Shown here: in pieces, positions 12,074-25,415 of the stretch
Layout of the letters: every line of letters begins with the position of its first letter
How positions within the stretch are numbered: the first letter of the stretch is position 1
Assembly (NCBI GenBank): GCA_047495785.1
Contig: JBLDXI010000009.1
Coordinates: 3,162,001-3,226,000, forward strand
Reading direction: 5' to 3'
From: Lepidodermella squamata
Lineage: Eukaryota > Animalia > Gastrotricha
DNA: 64,000 bases
Made by a program: the position numbers and the translations under genes
The notes under the pieces: generated by a model
What the model was told of the DNA's origin: nothing
The model's database searches: none
Seen by the model: only the letters and a program-made list of their open reading frames with translations

Positions 12074-12683
12074 TGATTTGACTTTACTATAACTGCTTCT
12101 TTGAATGAATAAAATATCATGGCTTCTCGCCAGAAGGTATTTCCTAAGAGCCTCTTTGATCCCTTTCTAACGTAAACAACGAGACTACACCGTCTTTTGC
12201 CAAGTCTTTATAGTCCGGATTTTATTCTGGAAGCAGCATTTTCAAGCTTCGTTTTCCCATCGGAGCGTTATTGGAATCAAATATCAGCTCAAAAACCTAG
12301 ACCTTGGAGTCGATAGTACAAATACACAGAGACGATTATACAGGAACAAATAAGGCGATTTCTCCCGCGCTTTGATAATTTTTTTTCCATATGCTGAGGC
12401 TCTATGCATCAAACGCACCCATTCGAATGATCAACGCCGTATCATTGATTATCATCATCCCAAGTGCTCATCATAAAATCACCGCGCGTTTGTTGTTGAT
12501 AGTATGGCATTACACAGTAAGTGGGTTGAAATCGTTTTTAATTCAATCAACAATTAGATGTTGTTTTAGGCCTCGCCAGTAGTTGTAGAATACGACTATT
12601 CACTTGTAATTGATTATTATTTTTTCGCTCCAGACCTCCTTCGAACTGATTATTTCGGACAACAATGGGAATTTGAAGGAGAA

Positions 12684-14448
12684 ATGAGCGCGCTGCTGAA
12701 CAGCCCAGAGGGTTGGTTTCTGATCGTTGATTCTGCTATTCTGCTATTCTCGCTGGTCGCTAACCTACTAGCCCTTCATGGCGTTTGGATGACCACGTTC
12801 CGCCTGATGGGTTACAAACGCTTCCTAATCAGCCTCGTTGTCGGAGATCTGTTCCTAATTTGCGTCCATTTATTCGATAAGGCCAATCAAATTCTCGTCG
12901 CCGAATCGATAGGAAAATGCTGCCGGTGTGCCACTTACTTCATTCGAAGCCTTATTGTGGTCGGAGTGTTCGTCAATCTATTCAACTTGTGTGGTATGAG
13001 TGTGGACCATTACATTGGAATTGTCTACCCATTGCGATATCGATACGTAAGCTAATTTTCCCATCCCAACTTCATCCTAACTAACTTAATATTCTTAACA
13101 GATGATGAGAAAGAAACTAGCTCGATGGGTGTTGCTTGTCATTTGGATTGGAGCGTTCTTCTGTGGTTTCATTGACACTCCGTTCCTGATGATGGGTTAC
13201 TACCAAGAATCAGCAGCGCTAGAATCTAGAATGGCGCATTCCTTCCTAGCCGATTCCATGCCAGAAAAGTTGGCGCTGAAAACTTCAAATCTGACCTACC
13301 TCAGTCGCTATTTTCCTAATGATCCTTACTTCTACAACCTGGAGCATAAGCTTAAGATAAAAGGGAGTATCAACAGTACCCGCCAGCTTAGGATCGCAGT
13401 CGAAACTCATGAATTTGGTCCGATGCCAGAGTCACAATCTCTTAGAAGCCCCGCAACAGATACGTAAGTTTGAGAAGCATTTTGGTCCATTCCTATTAAT
13501 CCAATCCTCTTATTTTAGGACATCCCCGAAGCTCCAGGTGAAAGTTCAAAACAAGCGACAGTTTATAAATGAAATAAGGAACAAATCCTGGGGTCTGTAT
13601 GTCGAGCAACGGGACAATTGGTGCTTGTATCTGAGCCCTCGAAAAAAGTGGCTCGAGATGATAAGTGGCCTTTGTGTCCTAATCTCCTTCGTATTTATCA
13701 CCGCTTTTTACGGGAAAACCTTTTCTGAGGTAATTTGGATGCTACCTATATTGAATAAGCCCCTACCTCTGATATTACAGGCCTCGATCGCTCTGAACAG
13801 GAGAAGCATCAAGAAGCTGACTATAACCACATGCTTACTGCTAGGCGTTTTTGCAATTTGCCTACTGCCTTTTGTGATATTTGAACTGGTGACAAGTACA
13901 ACTTTTTTCGGTGATTTTTCTCGCGATTACAGCGAATGGTAAGGAAACAGATTTTTAAACCGGACTTCTCTACTTTATTCCCATCCTAGGCTGCTCATAA
14001 TTCATAAAGTTTTCTACTCAATTTTTCTGTTGAACCGTATTCTCGATCCGATAGTTTATGTTGCAAGACTGCCGAATGTTCAAAGGTCAGTCCCACTGGA
14101 ATTTTCCTAATTGCCTTATGATTTGTGATTATTCTTAGAACTCTAATCAGAAAATATGCATCGTGCTTTCCGTGCCTCGGCAATTTGAAGCTCGCAATCG
14201 ATGAGCGCAATTCAGATGCTCGGAATGCGAGTGCCTTGGGTGGCAGCATCCACGATCGCCTGAGCAAGCGAGGTAGCACGATGACGGCGAAAGACCTCGC
14301 GCTGCCGATGCTCGAAGAAGCTATGCTGAGGTCTGCGATCGTCGTTATGACATCGAGTAACAATATGACATCTTTAGAGTTGCAACCTTGTATAAATCGC
14401 GAATCAGAGGGGCGTTCCCCGCTCTCATCCGCGGTCGAGAGTGAATAA
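12684..14448 (+). CDS. Class A GPCR, array copy 5
   Basis: SPEGWF, GYKRFLISLVVGDL, MSVDHY, KKWLE, CLLP (W6.48 replaced), NRILDPIVYVAR. C-tail in ORF 14125..14448. Confidence 0.92.
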
Positions 14449-14817
14449 CAAATAAATTAGCCACTGGAAACGTGTTTGACGCGAACTTTTATCCCGGGAA
14501 AAAAATCAATGGTTAGCCTTTAGGGGAAAAATGGATGCTGAATGCCGACACTACTGAGTTTTCCCTTGAGCTCGTGATTATTGTGTCATTCCGACCCATC
14601 GCTGCAATTGAGTCCCTGGCGTTGCATACTTACTCATCGATAAATCTCAGATGGCTACCCTCATCCTATTCTCGTTATTTAGAGCAGATACATCCGCTGA
14701 AAAACTTAATTTCAATATCCGCATCACAATATCCTTACATGAGGTGTTATCTTAAAAACTTGTTTCTGACTAGAATATTCTAAATAGCAGATATTATACG
14801 ATGTCAGGTTTACTAAG

Positions 14818-16838
14818 ATGCTGACAACGAGTGAAACAAATGGGTTCACAGTGTTCAATTACTGCATCATCGCCCTGGCCATTGTCGGTAACTGTTTTGC
14901 GCTTCAAGGAACAATGGGCGGCAAGTTCAGCCTGGTCGGCTATCGACGTTTCCTGATCTCCCTTATTGCTTCAGACTTTTTCATTTGTGCTATTCGTGTT
15001 TTCATGTACATCAGTGCGAATCTGGCTGAGAAGAACCACTTTCATGAAGTTCACTACCAGTGCAGTTTGGCCATTTCGAGAAGCTTCCTAACCCTGGGAT
15101 TATTCACTAATTTACTCAATCTTTGCGCTATGAGCATTGACCACTTCATAGGCATTGTCTACCCCATGAGATATCGATATGTAAGTCAAATCCTATTGAA
15201 TATTTGAAGCCTAATAGAACTGTTGAGCTCTTAGATAATGGAGAAGGGAATCGCTAGACGATCAGTCGCCATTGTATGGTCCTTATCGGTACTAGTTGGT
15301 AAGACATTCCCTTGTGAGACTTGTCCCTTTTACGTTAGTGTTACCATGACAGCTTTCACTGACGTTTTTGTCTCATTCGGAGTTTATTATGGCAGACAAA
15401 GCTCTGCAAAGTCTGATCAGAATCTAAATACACCGACCCAAATAAGTACAACGCCGTCAAATATGGACTGCTCACATTGGCTGTTGGTTACGGCTCACTC
15501 CAAAATTTCGGCTCCAGCAACAACTCCGCGGACTAAACTCCCTAAATCACAGCGGAAACCGACAACTAAAAGAACTAAGACATCGCGAAGGAAGCCGGTC
15601 GACTCGAGAACAACTACTCAGAAAATTACTTCTACGACAACTGGTTTTGTCTTTGAAAACTTTGAGAGTATAGTTGAGAGTTTTGACTCGTCGGATTGGT
15701 TGGACCTAGATAAATTCTTTGGCGATGAATTTTCAAGGTAAGTCGATCACTGAGCCGGATACATTGGTTGTAATATTTTCTACAGCATTAAGACATGCCC
15801 GGAGTATCAGAACATTACGATGGATGAATCATCAATGGATTCGGTTGGTGTGATAACCAGGTTTGATTCCGTGACTCATGACCCTCGCGCTGAGAAGAAA
15901 AGCGTTTGCCACTTTATGAACGCTAACAAAATGTGGACGGAGGCCGTTATCGTCGTATGGGCTTTACTCTCCTTCGTAATTCTCACAATAACCTACGGCA
16001 AGTCTTACGCAAGTCTCTGCCCTAAAAACTTGGATAAAACCAGACGGAGTATCAAAAAGCTAGTTGTTACAACATGGTTACTATTAGCTGTTTACGCGAT
16101 CACGTGGCTTCCAGTTATGATTTTCGAACTGACGATGTTCTTCGTTGCTCTTTTCGTGAAGAAGAACGCGCTGCTAGCGCCGTCGACATACTACTTCCTT
16201 CACGACGTCCTCAACTCCATTTTCCTATGCAATCCTTTCCTTGATATCGTTATTTATGTCGCGAGAGTCAGTCCTGTTCAAAAGTGAGGAATCGTTGAAA
16301 TTTCCATGGCCCTCCTTATATTATTGCTTGATTTAGAGCTTTAATTGCGAAATACGCACATATGATGCCATGCTGTATTTCCAAGGAAAAGCGGAATCCT
16401 ACTGTTCGTCATTTTATTTACCGATTGGCCAGACCAATAAACTGCTCCCAGCCCAATGTGCTCAGCGGGGTCAAAGAGCTCAAAAGACTCGGGTCTTTCA
16501 TGGATCCAAACGGTAAGGCTCTCTCAAACTGTCAAGATATGCTTTATTTCATTTTCATCACAGATTTTATGAAAGAAGAAGCTCGCTTGCTGAATTGGAG
16601 AACTTTAAAGATTCGACCCAGTTTGGAGATTGCTCTTCGCGAGGAAGCAGCGTTTGCTCGTAAAAGTGGTCGAGACAGCCTACCGCTGAGTTCAGCTCGA
16701 TCCTACGACGGATCCGGAACTGTAAAAACCCCGGTTTTAGACGATCTACAAGAAGAGGCGAGTATCAACAGTCGGTCTGCCAGTATCGCCACTTTCAGAC
16801 AATTCGCTGAAGACCACGATAAAATATATAACGTTTGA
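14818..16838 (+). CDS. Class A GPCR, array copy 6
   Basis: GYRRFLISLIASDF, MSIDHF, Thr/Lys-rich ECL2, VCHF..KMWTE, TWLP, NPFLDIVIYVAR. C-tail in ORF 16362..16838. Confidence 0.92.
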
Positions 16839-17362
16839 AGGAAAAATAAAGTGAACAAATGGGAGTAACACAAATAATCATATCGGACATAATCATAACA
16901 TGGTTGAAAGCGAACGCTGATTACTCAGGATTGGCAGGAAAAAAATCCTCCAGCTGTGGCTTTGAACTGGTACAATTCATAGGGCAAGACGTGCTTGTTT
17001 ATGGATATATTTGTTCAAACCATAAATAGACTTCTCTTTTGCGGGTCATTTCCGGTGTTCGTTTAGCATAAGGGCTGTTTCATATATCGAGAAGTGCAAG
17101 ACCTTATAAGCTGAAATTCTTTTGTCCCACAAACGTTTATTTGCATCCGAGACATATTATATCGTATTACGCAAATCTGTCGTGTTTGGGATAATCCGTT
17201 TTACATGCTCAATTCATAATTAGCAGCAATGACGTGCATTCCTGAAGTGTTATCAAAGCTGAATGTTAATAACCAACATCCCACGACATTAGGTGAAGTT
17301 TTGTCCATGCTAAGGATACTGTGTGAATGCTACAAACCTTGGTCACTGTTTACTGTCACCTA

Positions 17363-17452
17363 CATTGTGTGACCACTTGCGCGTTCTAATTTTTTTCTCC
17401 AATGCTTTTGTATGGAGAAGTCATGCACATAGCAAAAAGTGGTCACACAATG
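17363..17452. mobile_element. 90-bp Tc1/mariner-type mini-MITE
   Basis: Perfect 16-bp TIR CATTGTGTGACCACTT / AAGTGGTCACACAATG flanked by TA on both sides. Confidence 0.7.
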
Positions 17453-18086
17453 TAAGGATTACGTGTGGTCTGCTCGATCGATTGTCCTGCCTCGAGATTC
17501 TATTGATAATACCTGATGGTAAATTTTGACAACATTTGCAACAATATGTTTGCTTTCGATATATTAAAATGTTCTCCTAAAGGGTGGATAGTTCAGGGTC
17601 TCATCTAATTTCCTTCATCCCCCTCCTCTCTTGAACATTCTCCAATATAGGGCAATATAGGTAATGGCGTAGCGTGTTTTTAATGCGTTTTCGTCCGATA
17701 TTTCATTATTAAGATAGCAAGATTTAGAGGTGAACACGGCTTTTGCAAGGAGAACTTCCTAGAGCCTTTATTCGTCGTCCAATTTTTACTCAAATAATTT
17801 AGCAGTTGTGTTTCCGGTAGAAAAAAACAGCCTGTAATCATTCCTAACTAGCACATCCTCGCAATTGATATTTTGTTTGACGATCAAAATTTAATTTATA
17901 AATCTATAATTTTGATTTATACCGCGTGATCAACTGTCCGGAAAATTGCACTGCCTGACAGGCTTATAGGAAACATCCATGACTCATCATCTGTAATCAT
18001 GAATGGATTCCTTGTCTTTTCAAATTACTTGATTCAGTTCATTTTGAGCTTAGGAATTATTATATTCGAGTCGAAGATGGTTTATC

Positions 18087-20313
18087 ATGGATGAAGATAC
18101 AGTTAACCCTTTCGCTTTACTTGCCGAGGTGAAAGGTGGATTTGTCATTGTCGATCTCATCATTCTGTTTGTAGCCCTCATCGGCAATATCTTGGCTTTA
18201 TGTGGCATCCTCCACTGCAAATTCGCCCTGGCAGGATACCGTCGCTTTCTAACTTCACTGGTGGTCTCCGACATCTTCCTATGTTGCGTTCAAATCGCAT
18301 TTCTCGTCGATCAATACATATCAGTGCTACCTATTGACTCGGTGACATCAGATCGGCAGGAATTTGCCATGATTCAACAATGCATGGCAACTAGTCTAAG
18401 AAGCCTTTCGATGGTCGGCGTATTCGCAATTCTTCTCAACCTATGCGGCATGAGCATTGATCATTTCATTGGCATGGTAATTTGTTTGCTTTTACACTTT
18501 GAACAAAATTAAGCCTTCTTATTTAACAGACATATCCTATAAAGTATCACTCCGTAAGTGGACAATTTTAATTAAATTCATTTTTAAAAAATAATTAATT
18601 ATAGTGGATGAATTCGAGCATGGCGAAATGGTCAATTGCTCTGATATGGGTCGCTGCGTTCTTTCTAGGTCTGATTTAGCACTTATTGCATATCAGTCGA
18701 TAAATGTCCCTTTTTAGGATTTGGGGACATACCAGTGGCCGCGGTGACCTACTTCGCAAATGAAGGTGCTGCAAAATCGCCGCAACTTACAAAAACTGGT
18801 CAAACATCTGCTGAGTCCGTCTTGAGGACTTCGACCGTAGGGAAGGGAATACAGTTCACTTTTGGCGTTGTTGATCAGCACGCCGTCTCAATGGCCCCGA
18901 CTGTCAGGAATGAACTGCTGGCCACAATGGCGTCAAATTTTTATTTATACTCAGCACAAGGCAGCAACGCTTATGATACTTTTGATGAAGACCTCGTGAC
19001 AACCACGCCTAATAAGCCTAATGACAAGGCCGTTCTCGCGCACTTATACAACGCAGTCCGTGACGCAAAATCATCTCAGGATATCCTGGAGGCATTTCAG
19101 AAAAGCCATCAACAACTACGAGAGCTTTCTGGCAAGGCGCAGAGCGCTAATGTTCGATCGGCAGTTGAAGCCTTCCTGAGCATCGCCGGGCCTGAGGGTT
19201 TGGCCCCGATAGAAGTAGACCCAAGTGACAAATCAATTGAGGACGTGGATCCTACGCCACATGGAGGATCAAGCCCAGCTGTAGGGCTGTGTTCCCACCT
19301 CAACTCTCAAAAAATCTACATTGAACTATTCGCTGTTGTTTTCACGCTGATTTCTTTCGTTTTCCTCACATTTTGCTACGGTGCTATGTTCAAAAATGTT
19401 AAAAGGAGCCTTGGATTCTCGCGGAAGAGGCACAGTCTTCGAAAATTAGCTTTAACTACGATATTTCTTTTGGCGGCTTTCGCTATTTGCTGGCTACCGA
19501 TGGTGTTGTCGGAAATCATCGGTTTTCTTGCCGTTTCATTAAATCTCAACATTTCAATATCATCAACCACGTAAGTTTTCCTAAATGTAATTTACGCTGT
19601 TTAACGAAGTTATCGGATATCCTTTTTCTAGTTTCTTGCGTTTGCAATGGAGTTTCAACTCGTTATTCTTACTTCATCCATTGATCGATTGCTGTGTTTA
19701 CGTCACTCGAGTGCCGTCGCTACGGCTTTACGTAATGCGAGTACTTTGCTGCTGCACGCCACGAATCGAGCAAACAGCGACGAAAGTCCTAGTCTCAAAT
19801 ACCATTAAGTTCCTTACCACTCCTACTACAAAGATTTTGCATACGATGAGCTCAACGGCGACCAACAACACGTCCCTTAAACTGGACTCGCCCAAATCAA
19901 TAAGAGATCTAGAAAAAATACCCAGCATTATCACTGAGCTTGGAAATAATGACGGCGAGGAAGTTTTTAAGGAGGTTCTATCACCGACTGGGAGTGGCCT
20001 GTCACGTCGACCCAGCGTCCGAGACTTGGAGATACGTGAAAGTGTCGATATACTAGAGGATCTGAAGCTAATATCGGCCGGCCAAGCCCCTACACCCCGG
20101 CCAGTTAGGAAGAAGAAAGTTGTCGAAAATTTCAGCTACGTCGGCTCCGATGACTTTCATTTCGAGCCCAGCAGTCATTATTCCGCTGAAGATGCCGAAA
20201 CGTTGAACCGGATGCTGCGGGCGGCAAAACGAGCGTCCCGCAAGAAACTCGCCGCTCGATTGAAGAAAAAAGACCTGATCAAAGTGCCTGAAATTGATAT
20301 TAATTTCGTCTAG
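18087..20313 (+). CDS. Class A GPCR, array copy 7 (ECL2 ~195 aa)
   Basis: GYRRFLTSLVVSDI, MSIDHF, 24-nt exon 18530..18553. ORF 18735..19574 holds ECL2-TM6 (CWLP). HPLIDCCVYVTR and a long C-tail. Confidence 0.93.
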
Positions 20314-23288
20314 ACTTACAAGTAAAGTTGAAGAGCATTGGCTGATTGGATTTCAAAATTTTCATATCTTTTTCATTTCCGTATGAAATCAATTGAGACT
20401 GGCACTAAGAAAAGGTATAATAAATTTCATGTTTAAGCAGCATTTGGCGCGCGGTCACAAGGGCAAAAAACCGCTTTTCTTATTGAAAAATTCGGTACGT
20501 TTCTATGAGTTCTAAAATGCCAAATTTGCTAGTAGTTGATTGACTGAACTTTTTGCTTACCCATTCACTGCTCCGGAAGAGCTTACAGTAATCGCCTTCG
20601 ATCAATGGGAACTCAGTTAACTAATATCCGCACAGCTAGGACGAACATTTGCCGATATTTTTTGCCGATTAAATATCCTAATAGTGGCAGGTTTACGGAA
20701 TATACGGAACAATCTGTGAATAAATTTTGACATATTTGCATCCACATTTTTGGCTTTCAGATATTAGTCTTTCCCGCCACGAATAAATCGCGCATGTAGT
20801 TGTGCATGTGCGTTATTACTACGAAAGACAGCTGACTAAACAGCTCTTACCATTATCGCTATTCCGTAGTGGCGGTAGTCGAGACCTCGTAGCTACATAC
20901 TCTTGGCTCTTGTAACTATTCCCTAATGACAAAATGACGCTGGTGTATGTTGTTTGTAAGACTTGACAACGCACTAATATGAACAAGAGTGTCGCTCTTG
21001 TTAAGAAATACCATCCAGGGTATGATTATACATACTTTGGCTCGTAGACAATGCCTATTTTAATGATTTCGCCCCAGTTTTACAGATATATCAATTCCTA
21101 GTCTTATTGATTTCTAACCCATCACGTTTACAGCATCCTTAAATTGCATGAATCGCTCAAAATTTAATCCACGCTTCAGCCTTGTTAGAAATGACACTTA
21201 ATCATGATACAAGACATAGGTTAACAGTCACTTTCTTCTTTGAGAAATCAATTAGAAGAGATGAGACATCTGAAGTTAAGCGAAGCCAAGAATGAAAGGC
21301 TATTGCGTGCTGTGTCTCGCGTTCAGCTTGACCATCAGTCGCCGTAGCATAGAAATTAGTCAAAATACGCGCTCAAATTAGCGAGCAAGCGGTGGAATTT
21401 TAATTACAAAACTAGCCACCTAGTTTTTCGCGGGTTATAACACGGCACCCACTTCTATCACACAGCCAGTTGCTATTGCTCATTAGTGAATGCATGCCGT
21501 ATTTAGCTTCATAACAGCTCAAACACAGCTTCCCAAGTAGAATTATGCGTTGCTTTCAATATTTTAGTCACTGCAGCAGCATTAGGAATTGAAGACTTTC
21601 AGAGATTCACTGCCCTATTGAGCTTCTCCTGACTCTGGAATCATTTTTTCCCTTGAGTAACAATAACTTTTTCAAGCACTGAGGAGAAAGCTTTAACGTA
21701 ATCTACTGTGTTGTAGAAATTAGGCGTAAAACGCGTTTTCCTATTACAACAACGCAGTATTTTGCTTGCTCTTCAGAAATGCTAACCGCGCAATAAACCT
21801 ATCCAATGCGGCTGAAAATTGCATAATAATGTTGCGCGAGTAATCGAAAACATTCATAGCAAAAAACAACAGTTATAGGATGGGAACGCGTTAATGTTAC
21901 TTGGCTTTATATTCTTAATACATCCCCACCGTGAAAGAACCTTACTGAGAACAAGAAAAAGATTGTGCAGGTATATCGCACAGCGTGCATCGGGGCACGC
22001 GGCACGCGACACGAATGCAATGTGTTCCCCATCTATTTTTAGGTGCGTTTCATTTCGCGGACACACCGTATACTGCACACTATAGGAAGAAACTGAACTA
22101 TACCTAGATATAAGAAATCTCGTGACTAACCTGAGCCAGAAGATCGATATTTATCATCAATTGCGTGCGAAAGAATTTCGAAGCTATTTTACTGGCTTCG
22201 AAGGTTGTTTCTATGCTACAGCTCAATCTTCTGGCTGTCACCCAGTTGGTAAATAGATTGCATTAGCATAGAACCAGGGGTATCAGACAGATTCCGCATC
22301 TCACTTAATCTGTCTATAATTTGGCGTCGACTCGAGGTAGGAAAACACCTTTTTGATCGATCACATTTTTGTCGCTGCCGTTGTTGCTTATGCACTGGGA
22401 TGATTTCGCTTCATCTTCTTACATCCTTTCTTACTTTAATGCGTTCCACTAATACTTACCCAACCGAAAACATGTCTTGCAGTTGCAAATCGCTAATGCT
22501 GTGCGCGGAATTTATTTTTTCGAGCCCGACCTTTTTGCACACGATATACCCGCGGGATTGCTGAATTTCTTATCAGCGAATTTTCTAAAACTCGCATGTA
22601 AATAATAATATCGAACATCGCGCGCGCTCTTCTCAAAAAAAAATCAACCATATGCGGCGCTTATACGTGCGGTTAAATAATGAAAAGTTCAATAAGAAGT
22701 GTACACGTGTTTTTTCTTACACATAAATACGGATTAGTTCTCATACACTAGGCGACGTACTAGTAGAAATAGAAATCGTGAGATCGATCGGATACGAAAT
22801 AGCGATTCACTTGAGAGTTGAGCAGCTAGATTTCATTAGCTGAGAAGTTGTTTCCATGGGGTAATGGATCATGAAATTACTCGTTATTTCTTCGACTTCT
22901 ATGTCTGCGTCACTAGTTTTCCCACTCAAACGTCGTGCACACCGTATGATTTGTAAGTAATGCTACTTTAATATTTTCATCTCATTTAATTGCTCCGACG
23001 ATTTAATTACTTCTCACAGGTAAACCAGAGTAAAATGAAAGGCTAGACTAATAATTTTAATTAACGGATGGGGGCAAAAGCAAAGCTCCACAAGCCTCCG
23101 CACCTTACCTAAATATTATTGATCTGGAACTTGAACTAATTGAAAAAGTGTCGCACGATTTTCAGTTAGCGTCCTTAAACCAAGACATAACTGTTCAATT
23201 TTCCTAATGGCTTACTTGTAGATGAAGCATCTTAAGATAGATTAGTACGCCATCTTAAAATGTCGCTCGATTTTCGGAGTCTCTGATC

Positions 23289-25148
23289 ATGGGATACCAC
23301 TCTTTTCAAGACGGCGTTCTCGGCTTCTTCGTCATTTTTGATCTGGTCGTACAAATTCTGGCCATTCTCGGCAACTGCCTAGTCCTACTCGCCGTGGTGA
23401 ATGTTAAAATAGGCCTGGCTGGTTACCGACGTTTCCTCGTAAGTCTGCTGGCCAATAACATTTTTCTAAGCGTCGCCCAAGTGTTAATCGCCATCTACCT
23501 CGAATGCGACGAAAACATCGATAGGAAGCATTCATGCATCGGAACCTTCCTCGACAGCCTCAAACTCTTCGCTGTTTTCGCAGCCCTTTTCAATCTATGC
23601 GGAATGTCAGCAGACCATCTTATAGGCATCATTCAGCCACTTAAATACGACTACGTAAGTTTGACAATATACGACCTGAGTAGATCTATAGTTTTTGTCA
23701 ATAGCTGATGAACACAAAAATGGCTAAGGCTGCTCCTTTCATCATCTGGGTTTTCGCCTTTATATTTGGTAATTTTTCAGGATTTTACCGAATTTTTTCC
23801 GAATTGTTGTTATTAGGCTTTGCTGATATACCGATAGCTGCCTTGGTGTACTACATGTACAGCTACCGCCCTGTGACCACAGGCGCGTCGTATTTGGCCC
23901 TGTTCGAGGCTTTGATGAACTCTTCATCGTCAGCAGCAGCTCTCGTCGCTAAAAATCCGCAACCGTTCTTCGAGCCTCAGACTACCTTGGCCCCATACCC
24001 AACGATTATCCACTTCAAAAACCCCGATTTGTTCGAAACCACCCCAATGGCTACGCCATCATTCGATATGGACGATGCGTTTCTCGGAGACCCGTTTTCT
24101 GAGCTGAATACCCTGAAAGATATCGACGTCGATCTGTTACAGGAAGAGACAGATTGGTGCTTGATCTCGTTTTCTTACAAGCTCTACTGGGTTCAATGGT
24201 TTCGTCTAATTTGCACTGTGGTTGTTTTCGTGTTTCTACTATTATGCTATGGTAGAATTTTCGGGAAAATCCGGAAAAATCATTCGCTGTTGAAAGGCTC
24301 CCGCTCTGTCGATACGCGGCAAAGGGTGAAACGGCAGCGGCGGTCGTCCAGCAATACATCCCAAAGCAAGAGTGCAACGAGTACGCTAGCCGCTAACGCA
24401 GCTCTACTCGCGACTTCGAGCAACGCGAGCCAAATCAACTATGCCCTAGTAACCCGCAGACAATCGACTTCGATGCACAGACGAAGCTCGAGAAAATTCA
24501 TCATGACAACGCTGCTCCTGCTGAATGTTTTCGCTGTCTGCTGGTTGCCTTTCATCTTTTTCGAAATTTCCGTAAATCCCGAACTGGTGATGGCGTCGGC
24601 GCCAGAGGGGGATGAATCCAGTATAACTAGGTAAGGATTGTTTGATATTTCATAGCGAAACGTCTACCTGAATTTTCAAAGGCTTCATTTTCTACAACAT
24701 CTGTTCAATTCGCTGTTTTTGTCGTATCCGTTACTCGACTCGATAATTTGCGTCGCGAGGGTCTGCTCCGTACGAAGGTGAGACTAATTTCGCTTGATTG
24801 ATTTCCTGGGTGATTACTCGTAAATACAATAGGTACATCCATCTCATGCTGCTTGTTCCGCTCAAATGCCGCTCGGCTGGCTTCAAAAACAGCATCGGCC
24901 GCGAATCGACCTCGTTCACCCCGGTAAATCACAACATCATCAATGCGAATATCGAAGTCCTCAACTCACCCGGTAATCTCAACAACAATCGATCGACTGG
25001 CAGCGTCGGCTCCAGCGGCAGCCTCAGCCTTCAGAAATCAACCGGCCTCGCCCTGGCCAGGCCGTTGATCGCCGAAAATAATGCCAGAAAGGCCAGTGAT
25101 AGCGGCTTCATATACGCGGCGCCAAACCAGTCCCCAAGTAATGTGTGA
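23289..25148 (+). CDS. Class A GPCR, array copy 8 (long ICL3)
   Basis: GYRRFLVSLLANN, MSADHL, WC..KLYW, long basic/Ser-rich ICL3, CWLP, YPLLDSIICVAR. Ends PSNV*. Confidence 0.92.
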
Positions 25149-25415
25149 TCTCTCAATCTACTTTGAATAGTTGAAAATAATCACTTCTCTGTGTACAACT
25201 AACAATTACACGCCAGTGAATTCTTTTTATTTTTATCTGCTATATTTTCTCACTATTTTCCGACTTGAGGTCGCATTTTTCAAGCAATGCGACAGTCTTT
25301 CTCCCGTTCGATTAACACCATGAAAAAAACAGCTATCAAATGAGAAATCAAAAGACATGATTCAATAAAACATAAACGTTCTATGAGTCACTGATGTTTT
25401 CAATCGATCGATCTT

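Noticed and set aside
19109-19570. Minus-strand ORFs overlapping GPCR exons (also 8765..9163, 13995..14363, 36944..37210, 54218..54562, 59394..59705)
   Set aside because: Antisense shadows of the + strand coding exons, with no independent motifs or splice signals.
22020-22072. Tc1/mariner-like single end (GGACACACCG-TA)
   Set aside because: No matching partner TIR found by eye.
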